Notes: generated from the letters alone by a model not told the origin. DNA of 64,000 nt from Octopus sinensis (GCF_006345805.1 NW_021835460.1:1-64000); one strand, 5' to 3'. Counted from the first letter of the stretch, positions 28,811-42,599 are shown. Numbers and translations: made by a program.

Positions 28811-29254
28811 GTATGTATATTTTGAGGGAGAGAGAGTGAGTGAGGGTGAGAGTTGGGTCTCTGCATACAAAGTAGATTTTTTTCGAAGCCATAACCGAAA
28901 ATCCACGTCAGGGCATGATATGATGTTTTGTTTGTACCATCCATCAATTAACAGCAAATACACAGATGTATTCGTATATGTATGTATGTATGTATGTATA
29001 TGTATATGCATGTGTGTATATGCTTGTGTGTATGTGTGTTTGCGCGCGCGCGTCTTTCATTTGTTCTGTGTTTGTCTATCAATGGTTATATTTTTAGGTA
29101 AAAATGAGAGAATTATGTTCTATAACAGAAATTATAAGAATTGCAAGTTACATAAACTGTGTACATGGACGTTAAAGAACGGTTTGAACGCGCTCTCTTG
29201 ACACTTACACTCCCACATAGTCTACATATGTTTTGTTCTTTTTTTTCTGTATTC

Positions 29255-30285
29255 TATGTTTTACACGCTTCCGTCATTTGATTGGGGGCCATGGTAGGGC
29301 ACACCCTGAAGTGCCTTAGTCAAACAAATCGACCCCATAACTAGTAGTTATCTATCGTTCTGTTTTTTTTTTGTTTTTTTTTGCTGAAACTCTAAATAAA
29401 CGGAGATGTAAACACACAAACATCGGCTATCAAGCAGTGATGGGAGACAAACACAGATACATGTGGATGGAAGCACTCCGTCGGTTACGACGACGAGGGT
29501 TCCGGTTGATCCGATCAACGGAACAGCCTGCTCGTGAAATTAACGTGTAAGTGGCTGAGCACTCCACAGACACGTGCATCCTTAACGTGGTTCTCGGGGA
29601 TATTCAGCGTGACACAGAGAGTGACAAGGACGGCCCTTTGAAATACAGGTACAACAGAAACAGGAAGAAAGAGTGAGAGAAAGTTGTGGTGAAAGAGTAC
29701 AGCAGGGATCACCACCATCCCTGCCGGAGCCTCGTGGAACTTTTAGGTGTTTTCCGCTCAATAAACACTCACAACGCCCGGTCTGGGAATCGAAACCGCG
29801 ATCTATGACCGCGAGTCCGCTGCCCTAACACGGGCCATTGCGCCTCCACAGATACAGATACACACACACCACACCACACAACACACATATATATAGTGTA
29901 TGTAGATATATATATAATATATATATAATTTCAACAATTGAGGGCAAAATTAATTATTATTAATCAATTTCACCAAGGTTTCAGTATGCAAGGGACCATT
30001 CAAGGCGAATTCAATTATTACATTATATAAAAGGGCTTAGTAAAATAATGCGGCAAAGTAATTTATTTTACTAAGCCCTTTTATATAATATATTATATAT
30101 ATTATATTATATATATATATATTACACACGACGGACTTCTTTCAGTTTCCGTCCACCAAATCGACTCAGAAGGCTGTGGTCTGTCTGACGCTGCGGTAGA
30201 AGACATTTGCCCTCGATGCCATACAGTGGGACTGAACCCGGAACCATGCGATTGGGAAGTCAGCTTCTTACTACACACCCACGCA
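29255..30285 (-). mobile_element. Degenerate SINE A containing a full SINE C (29468-29849) and an AT-rich element
   Basis: ACAGATAC duplicated either side of the C copy; A halves at 29255-29460 and 30128-30285. Confidence 0.8.
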
Positions 30286-30358
30286 TGTTCAAATTTTTAT
30301 TTACCTCACAAAAATCATTACTTATTCAATTTGTTCATTTAACGAACCGTTTGTATGG

Positions 30359-30862
30359 TGGTACCCCGCACTAAATGTATATGTATACCCCACAGTATAT
30401 GTATATGGGTACCCCACACTATATGTATATGGGTACCTTACACTATATGTATATGGGTACCTCACACTATATGCATATGGGTGCCTCACACTATATGTAT
30501 ATGGGTACCCCACACTATATGTATATGGGTACCCCACACTATATGTATATGTGTACCCCACACTATATGTATATGGGTACCCCACACTATATGCATATGG
30601 GTACCCCACACTATATGTATATAGGTACCCCACACTATATGTATATGGGTACCCCACACTATATGTATATAGGTACCCCACACTATATGTATATGGGTAC
30701 CCCACACTATATGCATATGGATGCCTCACACTATATGCATATGGGTACCCCACACTATATGTATATGGGTACCCCGCACTCTATGTATATGGGTACCCCG
30801 CACTCTATGTATATGGGTACCCCGCACTCTATGTATATGGGTACCCCGCACTATATGTATAT
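30359..30862. repeat. 24-bp minisatellite, about 21 copies (GGTACCCCACACTATATGTATATG)
   Basis: Direct reading; the unit is a multiple of 3, hence the long ORFs. Confidence 0.97.
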
Positions 30863-31419
30863 AAACTTACAAATGTAAGTATACGTTTACATGTGTTTGA
30901 CACAATATCAACAGTAAAACCGGTGTAATGTCACAACACATAGCTTGACCTTTCGTTAGAATATGTTGGCACTGTATATATTGGCGTTAAAAGGATCGAC
31001 TAACACCGTTGGAGATGGGGACCCAGCAAAGCTAATGAGGGAAATAAAAGAATACAGAACAATACAAACATAAATACATAAATAAATACATATATAATTA
31101 CATGCATACGTAATTACATACATACGTAATTACATACATACATAATTGTATACATACTTGTAGGGAATTAGTAATAATGGTACAACCATACAACGTGTGG
31201 AATGGAATAACCTAGTCACTATAAGTACAGGGAGTTCGTAGTAGGCGTTAAGAGATAGTCGTGTCTTTACTGGTTTTCTTAAATATACTGTATACCGAAG
31301 AGGGCGTTATAATAATCCAAGATTGTAAGGATATAACTATACTTAACTCCATAGATACAAAATTACATACACTCATACGTACGTACGTACATAGATACGT
31401 GCCTAAGAGCAAAAAATAT

Positions 31420-31421
31420 GC

Positions 31422-31456
<35 letters not shown>

Positions 31457-31532
31457 ACATACAGACATACAATCCATACATACACACGCATATATACATA
31501 TATATATATTATATATATATGTATATATATAT

Positions 31533-31579
<47 letters not shown>

Positions 31580-31626
31580 TATATACACATATATATATAT
31601 ATACACACATATATATATATGTATAT

Positions 31627-31675
<49 letters not shown>

Positions 31676-31701
31676 TATATATATATACACATATAATATA
31701 T

Positions 31702-31747
<46 letters not shown>

Positions 31748-31757
31748 TGTGTGTGTG

Positions 31758-31803
<46 letters not shown>

Positions 31804-32394
31804 TATATGTTTATATGTATGCATATCGTGTTTTTTAGCGCCAGTGTACGGTTTCTGGATTGGAATATTTCAAAAATTTATTGTGTACGTGTATGCATAC
31901 AAGAAGTATGCATTATGCTCGTGCCTGTGTGCGCGTGCATGTGTATACATGTATGTGTGTGTGTATGTATGTATGTATGTTTGTATGTATGTATGTGTAT
32001 ATGTGTGTGAGTGTGTGTGTACGTGCTTGCGCGTGTTTGTGTCAGCGTTCTGCATGCATACATCTTCTTGAGTGGAGGTACGTGTCGTGAATGGTAATCG
32101 GAATCTAGTTTGAGAAAATGCTGCGAAACATGACATTCAATAATAGTAATAATAATAATAATAATGATGATGATGATGATCATGATCATGATCATGATGG
32201 TGGTGGTGGTGATGATGATGACGATGATGATGATGATGGTGATGATGATGATGGTGATGGTGATGATGATGGTGGCGGTGGTGGTGGTGATGATGATGAT
32301 GATGATGATGATGATGACGATGACGATGATGATGATGATGACGATGACGATGATGATGATGATGACGATGATGATGATGATGATGATGATGATG

Positions 32395-32434
<40 letters not shown>

Positions 32435-33440
32435 CAACAACAACAACATCAACAGCAACAACTAAACCTTCGCTAGATAATGACAGAAGATTTCCGAAAT
32501 GGAAGATGACAGATTGACGGTATGACAGAATGGTGAAATGGTTTAGGAATGGTTTTGTGGAACCTGTGCAATGGCTGAAATATGAGAGAAAGGGGGAGTG
32601 AGAAAAGGTATGGTCGTATGTTGTTGTGATAGAATGGACAGAGGCAAGGATTTACAGCAATCGTGGTGTCGGTGGTGGTGGTCGCGGTGGTCGCGGTGGT
32701 CGCGGTGGTTGTGGTAGGATTACTATTGGTAATGTCTAGGGCTAGTGTGGAAGGAGAGGAAATAGAAGTAGAGAGGGATTGAGAGAGAGAGATGATATAA
32801 TTGAGGAGGAGTGAGAGAGAGGCAAATATAGAGTGAGGAGGAAGTAGAGAGGAAGAGGGATGATACTGAAAGAAACCAAAGAGATTTAATGGGAGGGAAA
32901 GAGAAGAGATGAAAGACTAGGAGGAAGATAAGAATGTTAACGTGTAAATGGTTGAATGAGAGAGTGGTAGTGAGAGAGACTCAGTGATAAAGCGAGTGGG
33001 TGAGAGAAAAAAATGAGGGAGAAGAGGAGACGATGAGAAGAGAATGAAAGAGAGAGAGAGAGAGAAAGAAAAAAAGAAAGAAAGAAAATAGTATAAGATT
33101 GCGTGATAGAAATGGAAGAGAAAATAAGGAGAATAAAAGAGTGAAAGAAAGAAGGTAAGAATGAAAGGAAGGAAGACAAAAGGAAACAGAGCAACAATGA
33201 AAATATGACATGATTGAACGAGAATAGAGAAAGAGAAAGCGAGAATGAGAGAGAGAGAGAAAAAAATGAAAGAAATCTGGTTAGCAAAGGGATAAAGAGT
33301 GAGATATATCAGAGAGGGACGGAGAGCATGAGAATTGGGGAAGAAAAGGAAGAAAAAAATGGCCTAAGAAAAAGATAAGAAAAGAGAGAGGGAGAGGTGG
33401 AGGGAGAGAGGTGAAAGAGAAAGGAAAAGAAGTGTATGAG
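31420..33440. repeat. (TA)n, (GAT/AAT)n and GA-rich low-complexity block
   Basis: Direct reading. Confidence 0.9.
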
Positions 33441-33848
33441 GGTGTGGGTAAAGCTATATGGTTATATGTTTATCTTATTAACGGAATTCTGTTTAAAGAC
33501 AATAGTTCAAAGGATGTATCCATGTCACGTGATTTGTTATCGCTAATGATCCACAATCTTTACTGGCCATAATTAGTTGTCGTTAGGTCCCAAGGCAGAG
33601 CTAGTCGAGCAGACACTGTGGGCGAAAGCACTCCAGCCTTGGCCATCCCTTTGTATATCATTCTGTACATTTTGAGGACTACGCATTATACAATATTGCA
33701 ATCTTATTTAATGACTATAGGATGTAAACTTAAAGGAATCGATTGCTATTTCTAGCAGGCGAGTGACCAACTAGAGTCAGTGCACATTTTTATGTGAATA
33801 GATATACAAACATATATAAATACATACATACATACATACATACATACA

Positions 33849-33880
<32 letters not shown>

Positions 33881-34799
33881 CATAAACATATACATATATA
33901 TATATATATATATATAAAATCTGTATGTATATATATATATATGTTTCTTACAGAAAAAGCCACCATCATTTTTCATTGATATAGATTTAAATTTTGCACC
34001 AAATACTAATCGCACAGTTTTATACCTCTCATCTCATCTTCCTCATCTTTAAATCTAACTTCGTATGTAATGTAGAAAAATCCTACACATATATCATTTT
34101 AATTTCTTATATATTATCAAACTTATCTAAAAAACCGAACGCTCCACAACATATACGCAACAAAACTTTTGTATACTGCATTGCTATACTGCGCAAAAGC
34201 CGTTCGTAAAAACCATTTAACGCATCATCAAAACTGCCTCCTGTCTATTTGAATCCTTTGTAGCATCGTGGCATTTCAGAATCAACAGTAATTTTGGGAA
34301 CAGTAACAACGAACAGAGTTAAACAGCTAAAAGAACACGAACTCCATAAACAGAGAATTCGCATTCTTTCAATTATATATTTGTTTATCAATATTTTCCT
34401 CATAATATAATGAATTCTTTGTAGATTATTTGGGACAGTAAAATTCCGAAATCTATCATAAAATTTTGTTGATCATTACAGTCCCATCTTCAGAACGAAG
34501 AAATGTTGGTGCATATTGCTTCCTCGTTGTAGTTGACGTGGGCAATACAACTGACATAGGTTTTACAAGCAGAATTTGAATTTTTGACCGTTTAATTTAT
34601 AAACCATCAGTCAGATATTTGTATTTATAATTATACAAGATATCTATGTGATTACTTTAACAGTGTGCTGGTTTATAATATGTGCTTCTATTAAGTGTCT
34701 CTTAGTGGGGGCAATCATATAGAATATACATATACTGTCCACTAATGTTTTCCTATATAGTATTGCGTGGTTTGGTGCGCTGTAGTTGCTTTCTGTAAA

Positions 34800-34895
34800 A
34801 GTATAGAATAGAAAACTCACCAGAGAAGGATCGAACTCGGAACTACAAAACTACAAAGTTACAAAGCAAAATTCTTAACCACCCACACGCACGCT
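34800..34895 (-). mobile_element. Degenerate tRNA-like head of an unclassified repeat
   Basis: A-box-like GTGGGTGGTTAAG and B-box GAGTTCGATCC on the minus strand. Confidence 0.45.
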
Positions 34896-34918
34896 TGCAC
34901 ATACATACATACATACAA

Positions 34919-34979
<61 letters not shown>

Positions 34980-35350
34980 CTATATATATATATATATATA
35001 TAATATATATATATATAATAATATATATGTATATTATATATATACACATATTCCTGAAAGCCATTTAATTTGAAATAGAAATCTCACTAATAATTAATTA
35101 TATTCTTAATTATTAATTATCTCATATTTCCCAATTACAACCTCATTGCCGCCGCGGCCGTCACTCCTGACGCTCTCTTCCCCAGCATCCAGTGGAGGGG
35201 TCAATTCAGCGGTCATTTCTATATTCATTTCAAACTAGATAAGTCGTTGTAAAAGTCCATTATAGAATTATAAATGGTTATTCTACTTACAACGCTGGAA
35301 GCTAAGGCAGCATAGAGTGGCCAAACTTTCCAAGACAACACTGTCTCCAG

Positions 35351-35481
35351 GTCGGACCAATATACATACAAACCGCTATATTCATATAATTCCGAAGTTG
35401 AAAGTTTATACACCGAGGTCTTGTGTCGTGGCCTAAAACCTTACAAAATGGATACCAGAACGCACGAAACTAATCAAGCGG
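35351..35481 (+). CDS. Candidate upstream exon (possibly 5' exon of the CNG gene)
   Basis: ctgtctccAG acceptor, strong CGG|GTAAGT donor, open frame ending MDTRTHETNQA; no recognisable homology. Confidence 0.25.
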
Positions 35482-35737
35482 GTAAGTCTATTTATACATT
35501 CCTTATCTAGACGTACGTTCATACACCTCAGGCTGATACTGTCTATCCAATGAATATATGCACACTATTGACGAACCAGTGAAAAATTACCCAGTCTCTA
35601 TGTAGCCTCTGTCTACACATTCTTTATATCTGGCTCATATCTACGCACTGTTTCTTTATAAACAATCAATATCAATTCGGAGCGTCTAAATAAGCCAAAA
35701 GCAATATGTAATATTTATTCAGCATCTTGTTAGGATA

Positions 35738-35794
<57 letters not shown>

Positions 35795-35817
35795 CTATCT
35801 ATCTATCTATCTATCTA

Positions 35818-35868
<51 letters not shown>

Positions 35869-36256
35869 TATATATATATCTATCTATTTATTTATCAATC
35901 TATCACAATTTCTCCCGCCCTTCTTCCTTCTCTGTCTTGTATGGCCGTCTCCCTTTTTCTGTTGGTTCTCACTCTCTCCCTCCCTCTTTCTCTATCTGTA
36001 CAAATATATATGTGTTTATATATATATATATATATTATATATATATATATATATATTATGAAGCAAAGGAGGACTCAAAGTCCGAAAGTTTCGTGCGTCT
36101 AGCACTTGTCTTATTAGTCAAACCTATATATATATATATCTGTGTGTATGTATATGTATGTATGTATATATATAAATGTATGTATATATAAATATGTACG
36201 TATGCATTTGTCTTATATATAGAGTGGGATATATAGATACATAGTGTGTATTTTTC

Positions 36257-36287
<31 letters not shown>

Positions 36288-36826
36288 ACTTTGATACTTA
36301 CAGATATGCCAGAATAAAAGAACGTGGGATGCAACTATCTAAGCCTCAGAAAACAGCTTTGCTTTCATTTAGTTACTTATCTGTTTAATTATTTATTCGT
36401 GTTTCTTGTTTCATGTCAAGCTTTATCTGCCTCGTCAGAGTATTTACAATTTTGTGGATCCAACAGTGCCAAGTGTTGGTTCACTGCACCATGGTGAACA
36501 CTGCTGTTGTTGCACCGCGATTGCTTATAATCCACCCAGCTGGATTAGTCGCTGCCAACCACAATATCAATCAAGGTTATCATAGAAAAAAAATGTCACC
36601 GTCATTTTTCATTGCTATAGCTTTCAATTTTGCAGCTTACACGTATTGTATTATATTTATAAAAGATATGTATTATATATAAAAAAAAATACAAAACGAG
36701 ACAAGAACGCAAAATATCCAGAGAGTTAGGTGATGAAAAAAAACGGGCCAACAAAACATCCAGATAGATGATACAAAGAAAACAAGGACGGGTCATATAT
36801 ATATATAGCTACATTATATATATACA

Positions 36827-36860
<34 letters not shown>

Positions 36861-36891
36861 ACATATTATATTATATCTAATATCTATATAT

Positions 36892-37006
<115 letters not shown>

Positions 37007-37640
37007 ATATATAAAAACCTAATAATATCTATATATATATATATATCGATATATATATATATATACTTAGATATATAATATATATAATATATATATATAT
37101 AAAAATGTGAGGATAAAATTCTTTTCGAAAACAAATATTTTCTCGAAAAATATTTTATCAATGATATTGCATTAAAAAATACCTTTAACGGTTTAAATTT
37201 ATAAACAATTCATAAATGAGGGCAAAGGAAAAACATTTCTAATGCCAAGTATGCCGAAAAAATTGTACATATTGTCTATTAACCATATAATTTTTTGACA
37301 ATACGCCGCTACTCGAAAAAAGGTCGACAGATATTTCTAAAAAATTCCATTATTACCATATCGGACCGATTTCAGAGTTAGCTGAATTATATAATATATA
37401 TATATTTATATTTATATATTTATATATATACATATATACATACACACACGCACAACACACCACACACACACACAAACACACACACAACACACACCCACAC
37501 GCATAATATATTTATAAATATATTATATATATTATTGTTTGCATTTCGGGGTGATAAATTTATTTATTTTATTTATTTTGCCAAATAAACACACGCACTA
37601 CACACTCGTTCTTCCACTCTTGAGTACTGTTCAGTCCTGT

Positions 37641-37683
37641 CCGAAAATCTTTCATTCACGCTCTGTGACCTCCTCAGCGATAT
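37641..37683 (-). ncRNA. Degenerate hammerhead-like motif
   Basis: AUAUCG-CUGAGGA-G-GUCAC(AGAGC)GUGAA-U-GAAA-GAUUUUCGG; core and most of helix II intact, helices I and III imperfect. Confidence 0.5.
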
Positions 37684-37702
37684 ATATATATATATTATAT
37701 AT

Positions 37703-37733
<31 letters not shown>

Positions 37734-38329
37734 CTATATATATATATGACCTAACCATAGTGCACATATGAATTCCAGACGATATGAGGAGGGATTACAT
37801 ACTCACAGACGACAAATTATCCATTGTTAATCACAAACGAGGGTGGGTTCAATTCCTGCTATTAGCATTACAGAGAGGTGTGAATTATCTTTGTATAGAT
37901 GTACAATTCAATGGTGTAGATGTAAATTTCCAGAGAAATGAAGAGGAATTTCATATTCACAGGCGATAAATTATCAATGGTTGAACACAATGAGGTATAT
38001 CATTCTTGTTATATGATTAGGTATTTGCCACATTAATCACATACTGCTATTTACAAGAGGCTTGTAGCTATTTAACTTTTAAAGGCTGAAGGGCTTTCTA
38101 GAGATGCAAAGAACAGGAAAAAGGGAAGGGAGAAGAGAAGAAAGAGAGAGAAAATAAAGGAGGAGGGGCAAAAGGGGGGGGGGGACAAAAGAGAAGAGAA
38201 AAGGAAAAAGAGAATAAGAAGAAGAAAAAGAAAAAAGAGAAAGAGAAAGAAAAGAGGGAAAGAAATAGGGAGAAGGGAAAAAAAAGAAAAGAAAAACAAG
38301 AGGGTTCTAGTTATACAGAAGAATTAGTA

Positions 38330-41300
38330 GACGGCAAGTCTGGTTTTAATTTACAGGCATCTAGGAACTAGAGGAGAATATTATTTTGACCAGTAAAACA
38401 GCTAATTTATTGCTGTTGAAATCAGCTATGAATTTAAAGGAATCTAAAGAGATAACACGGTAGGGGTTTAGGGGTCAGAGGCTAAAATCAAAAGAAAATA
38501 CATTCGGAAAATCTAAGTATAATATTATCAAAAAGTCATTTAAAATTTATTTATTTAATTTATTCATTTTTGTCTTAAGGAGTTGCCGTTATTATTCATA
38601 CATTGACGGACTACAGGTCAAATCTTAGAAGATCATTTACAAGGTGTTGTGGGAATTGCTATCATAATGAAGATAATCATATTATCACCGAGGGAGTAGC
38701 CTTATTTATTTAATTTGAAATAGAATATGGGGCTTTAGTAAATCATTTTATTTTATTAAAGTTATGCGACTTAGATTAGATTAAGTTAAGAATTAAAATT
38801 AAAAATTACAATTAAGATTTAAAATTAAGATTTAAAATATGAGTTTGAAATTAAATAAAGCCTCAATTAAGCAGGTATAAGTACTAGTCATTTCCCTGTT
38901 CTCAAAATACTGATGCAGATATAAGGAAAAAGATAACTGTGTGTGAGAATCTTAGTTATCTACTTAAAGCAGTGCCTATACTAGTAAAAATCAAGTTATA
39001 TCGATCTATCTATCTAGTACGAATATTCTAATCATTTAAAATATTTTAAAGTCTTCAATTTAGCGTGGACACAAACTTGACCTAGTTCGATATGGTTATT
39101 CAATAAGTTCTCTATTTTCTATGCTTTAGAATTCATACGGTCTCCATGGAGCATAGTTGGCCAACCAAACCCTACTATTTTTATACGGATTGCTCTCCAA
39201 CTATTTCCCAATTAAGGTTATAATTATTATAGTATTTTTGAGTTCCCAGATTTGTTTGAAAGTGTGGTGGTACCAGCTTTATGACGTAATTTAAAGACGA
39301 GATGTGATTTCTAACTCTGGCTAGAAAATTAATTGTACATCAATGTAAAATATTTGTTATTCTCCGTGGATATGGTACATTTATAGATTACATTATTGTC
39401 CCACATAGACCAGGTGCCGGCAATTTTGATTTTTTTCTACACTTACACACAGGAGGAACAACTTCAGGTTTTGGATTATTCTTGGGTAGATGTCTTAGGT
39501 TCCTATTATTTGATTATCATGAGTATAATTGTCCTTATTGTTATTAATATTTCTATAGTTGGTGCGGATATCTAAAGTATTGCTATATTTATTGATCCTT
39601 CTGTTTCATCATTTAGGTCTAAATTCCTACCATGATTCTTATATTATTGGTATGTTACTATTATGTTAGTCTTTTATCCGACTGCATATTGTTGTTATAG
39701 ATATCACTGATATCTTCATTCTCCTTATTTTCTCCAGTAGCCTTATTTCTTATTTCTATTATTAACATTATACTTCTATTAATATCGGCATTGGTATTAT
39801 TACTATTAATGTTAATGTATTAGTCCTTCTTTGGGTACTAATTTCACTATGTTGATAGTTACTATTGCTGTTTTATGTTGGTAGTATATTATAATTGCTA
39901 TTGGTATTCATGCTGATATTATTTTTATTTCTATCTTTCCTGGCTAGTTTAATGTTGTTATTATTAATCTTAGCTATTAAAGTGGACATATTTGGGAGGG
40001 TGAATAAGAAATCCTAAACGGTTTCCTAGAAATAATTCTATGATATCTATGAGAGATAGGGAAATTTTTTTCCAGAATTACTTTGAATGTTTCTGTATAT
40101 CCGATTGTATCGCACAGTTGAAAGGAATATTCAGCCATAATATATCTTTTTTATTAAATTTAGGGTTCGTAGAATTATTACTATTCATCTCACCGGAGTT
40201 ATTGTATTTATTACCATTATTTTTATTTATATTTGTGTGCATCTTAGGTTTATCTACTTCGATATTATCCGAGAGTTACTATGTTCTGGTCAATGGTTCT
40301 ATTTGAAGTGTTGGGCCTGTACGTTAGATTAGCGTTTACCGTTAATTTAATTCTACTTTTATTTCGGGCTTGGTCTGTATTGCTGCTTACGTGATTACTG
40401 ATAACTTCTTTATTAGGAATACGTGAGTTCTCCTTATCAACGAATGTAATCTTTTGGTTGTATCAGCCTAGCTAACGCCGCATTATAATGCTCAGAATGG
40501 GAGTTAAATATTCCTTATTGGATGATAATTTTGAAATTCTTAATGAAATATTTCTTACTAAAGATTCAATTATATTTGGGGGATGATTTGATAATTTATT
40601 TACGTAATTCGTGATTTCGCCTTCCTTTCTAAATGGGTAATGCAGCTTGGAGTTTAAGGTCTAGCGTAATATCTAGGAAGTTAACTATTTTAGTGCCCGG
40701 TTCATACGTTATACTGAGGTTGAAATCCTTAAAGAACTTATTAATTTTCTTTCTAATCCTTTCTATAACAGATTTATTATTACTAGGGATAACAAACAGA
40801 GCATCATCCCTATATAGAACCCCCCTGTATTTCTGGGATATCCTTGCTTATGCATTTTAATAGATATGCGCCTACTAGGTTGGTTACCTCAGCCGAATCA
40901 CTGGAACCCATTGGTATATCAAAATAATTAGGTGTATCTGCTCTCGTCCTAATTTATCTTCAAATTCTATAAATGTCTTCCTACTAGTAGCACAATATTG
41001 ATTTCTTCTCTAGATATGAGGGACGATTCATGGCAAATATTAGTGATTTGTTGAGAACTTTAATGAACTTTGAAATCTGTTTATGTTACTTAATTATCTA
41101 CATTACTTCATGAGTATAAGCCTCAACCACTAGGATATCTAGAGAACTCACATGTATTTTAGCTGATGAGTACGGGATACGTTGATATGCTGTAATTTTT
41201 GCAACATTTAATAAGCCTGTCCTTGTATGAACGATTGTACTAAAACCATCCATTCTTGTTGCTGTTGCTTCTTTCTCGCTTATAATCACCCCACATTACT

Positions 41301-41390
41301 GTATTGTTAAAACAGTATAGTTTTTTTGGTGCATCTAAGTTAGGTACCATATTCAAGTAATTCATTAAATTAACTTGAATCTTTATTGCT
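38330..41390 (-). mobile_element. Decayed Penelope-like retroelement (RT plus C-terminal GIY-YIG, Neptune-like Cys linker)
   Basis: FDIPMGSSDSAEVTNLVGAYLL...GVLYRDDA (YRDD 40814-40803), VNFLDITLDL, SNHPPNII, ILWLNIPF...FP.SHRYH.I...ISYS..PNM, CKCR...P.PGLC, NVIYKC...HISS...TTLS..IWELK, LLN.HIE..VC.H, stop at 39032; many frameshifts; 5' end at (TA)n. Confidence 0.9.
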
Positions 41391-41397
41391 TATATTA

Positions 41398-41430
<33 letters not shown>

Positions 41431-41557
41431 CATACATATATTCGTATAGATGATCAATAATAAGCAAATGGCCAAGCATTCATTGATGATGTGACGCTAA
41501 GCATGTTGAGCAAATTCATTTAATTATTTTGAGCTGACTGTTCATTGAATCTGTTGT

Positions 41558-41768
41558 TATAAATCAAATAGCCAATGCTGTTAGCATATCTCGTGAGAGA
41601 GTTGAGTTGAGAAAATTCTGCGCAATGAATTTGGCATAATGAAATTCTCTGCTCGGTGGGCGCCACGTCTTCTAACACCTGATCAAAAGCGCACCATTCT
41701 GGTTACATCCCAGGAGAAACTGACATTGCGTGAGGTAGATCCAGCTGGTTTCCTTGGCAGTTTCCTAT
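41558..41768 (+). mobile_element. Mariner transposase fragment
   Basis: INQIANAVSISRERV..IL.NE.G..K.SARWAPRLLTPDQKRT. Confidence 0.85.
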
Positions 41769-42406
41769 ATTTATAAAAAGATAACCTGAAATCATAGGGG
41801 ATAGGATAAAATCGATCTCACACTTAAAGTGTCCTTGGTAATACGAACACAGTTTCAAGGTACTCGGATGTCAGCTGATGGTGTGGGTATTAATCGTAAG
41901 TCGCATCACGGCATAATTCTTTTAAAAAATATACACCAGAGGTGAATTTGTTGGCATGACTATTTGGTGTGCTACTCGCCTTAGAATAACAAACCTACTT
42001 GATCCCAGCTATTTCTAGCATAATAAACAACCATGTAGAGGACAGGCTTACTTTTGAATTTGTTTTAAAAAGGTGAGATTATAAATGCGGTAAAATAATG
42101 TAAGGAGTAAAGAGTAAGTTGGGAATAAAATGTTCTTCCGAATCATTTTCTTCCGGGTTCAGTCCCTTTTATGTCTTGGTTCTGGTTGCATAATGTAACG
42201 AAACAGGGGTAAAGAAAAAAAAGTAGTTACACGACGCACTATGATTACTGTTAAACGAGGTCAAACGCTCTCTGCCAACGGCTCGCAGTGAACGGCTTAC
42301 TTCCAATTGCTCACAGCTCTTTATTTTATGAGACAATGTGTCAGTCCACTTTAGTCTCTTGGGGGTGGTCGGAATCCTTCTACAACAGTATATTTGTGTC
42401 TGTGTT

Positions 42407-42592
42407 CCCCCCAGCACGACGGGACGCCAGTCCATTGCAGTGTTACTCATTTTTGCCAGCTGAGTGGACTGGAGCAACGTGAAATGAAGTGTTTTGCTCA
42501 AGAACACAACGCGTCACCTGGGCCAGGAATCGAAACCACACTCCTTACTATCATGATGCTGGACCCCTAACCACTAAGCCACGCGCCTCCAC
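42407..42592 (-). mobile_element. SINE family D (CORE-like GTGTTCTTGAGCAAAACAC body) with V-like tail
   Basis: tRNA head GGAGGCGCGTGGCTTAGTGGTTAGG...GGTTTCGATTCC. Confidence 0.8.
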
Positions 42593-42599
42593 GATGTGA

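Noticed and set aside
34420-34500. CTGAAGA followed by a long stem on the minus strand
   Set aside because: GAAA and the cleavage triplet are absent; at best a very decayed motif
36415-36580. Cys/His-rich open frame as a possible exon
   Set aside because: Weak splice sites, phases incompatible with the neighbouring candidates, no recognisable motif
38455-38480. Telomere-like TAGGGGTTTAGGGG in the PLE 3' region
   Set aside because: Only two imperfect units
41160-41190. CTGATGA-GTA/TAC stem
   Set aside because: No GAAA; lies inside Penelope RT coding sequence
38300-41400. Mitochondrial insertion (AT-rich, coding-like)
   Set aside because: Translations give Penelope RT and GIY-YIG motifs, not mitochondrial proteins
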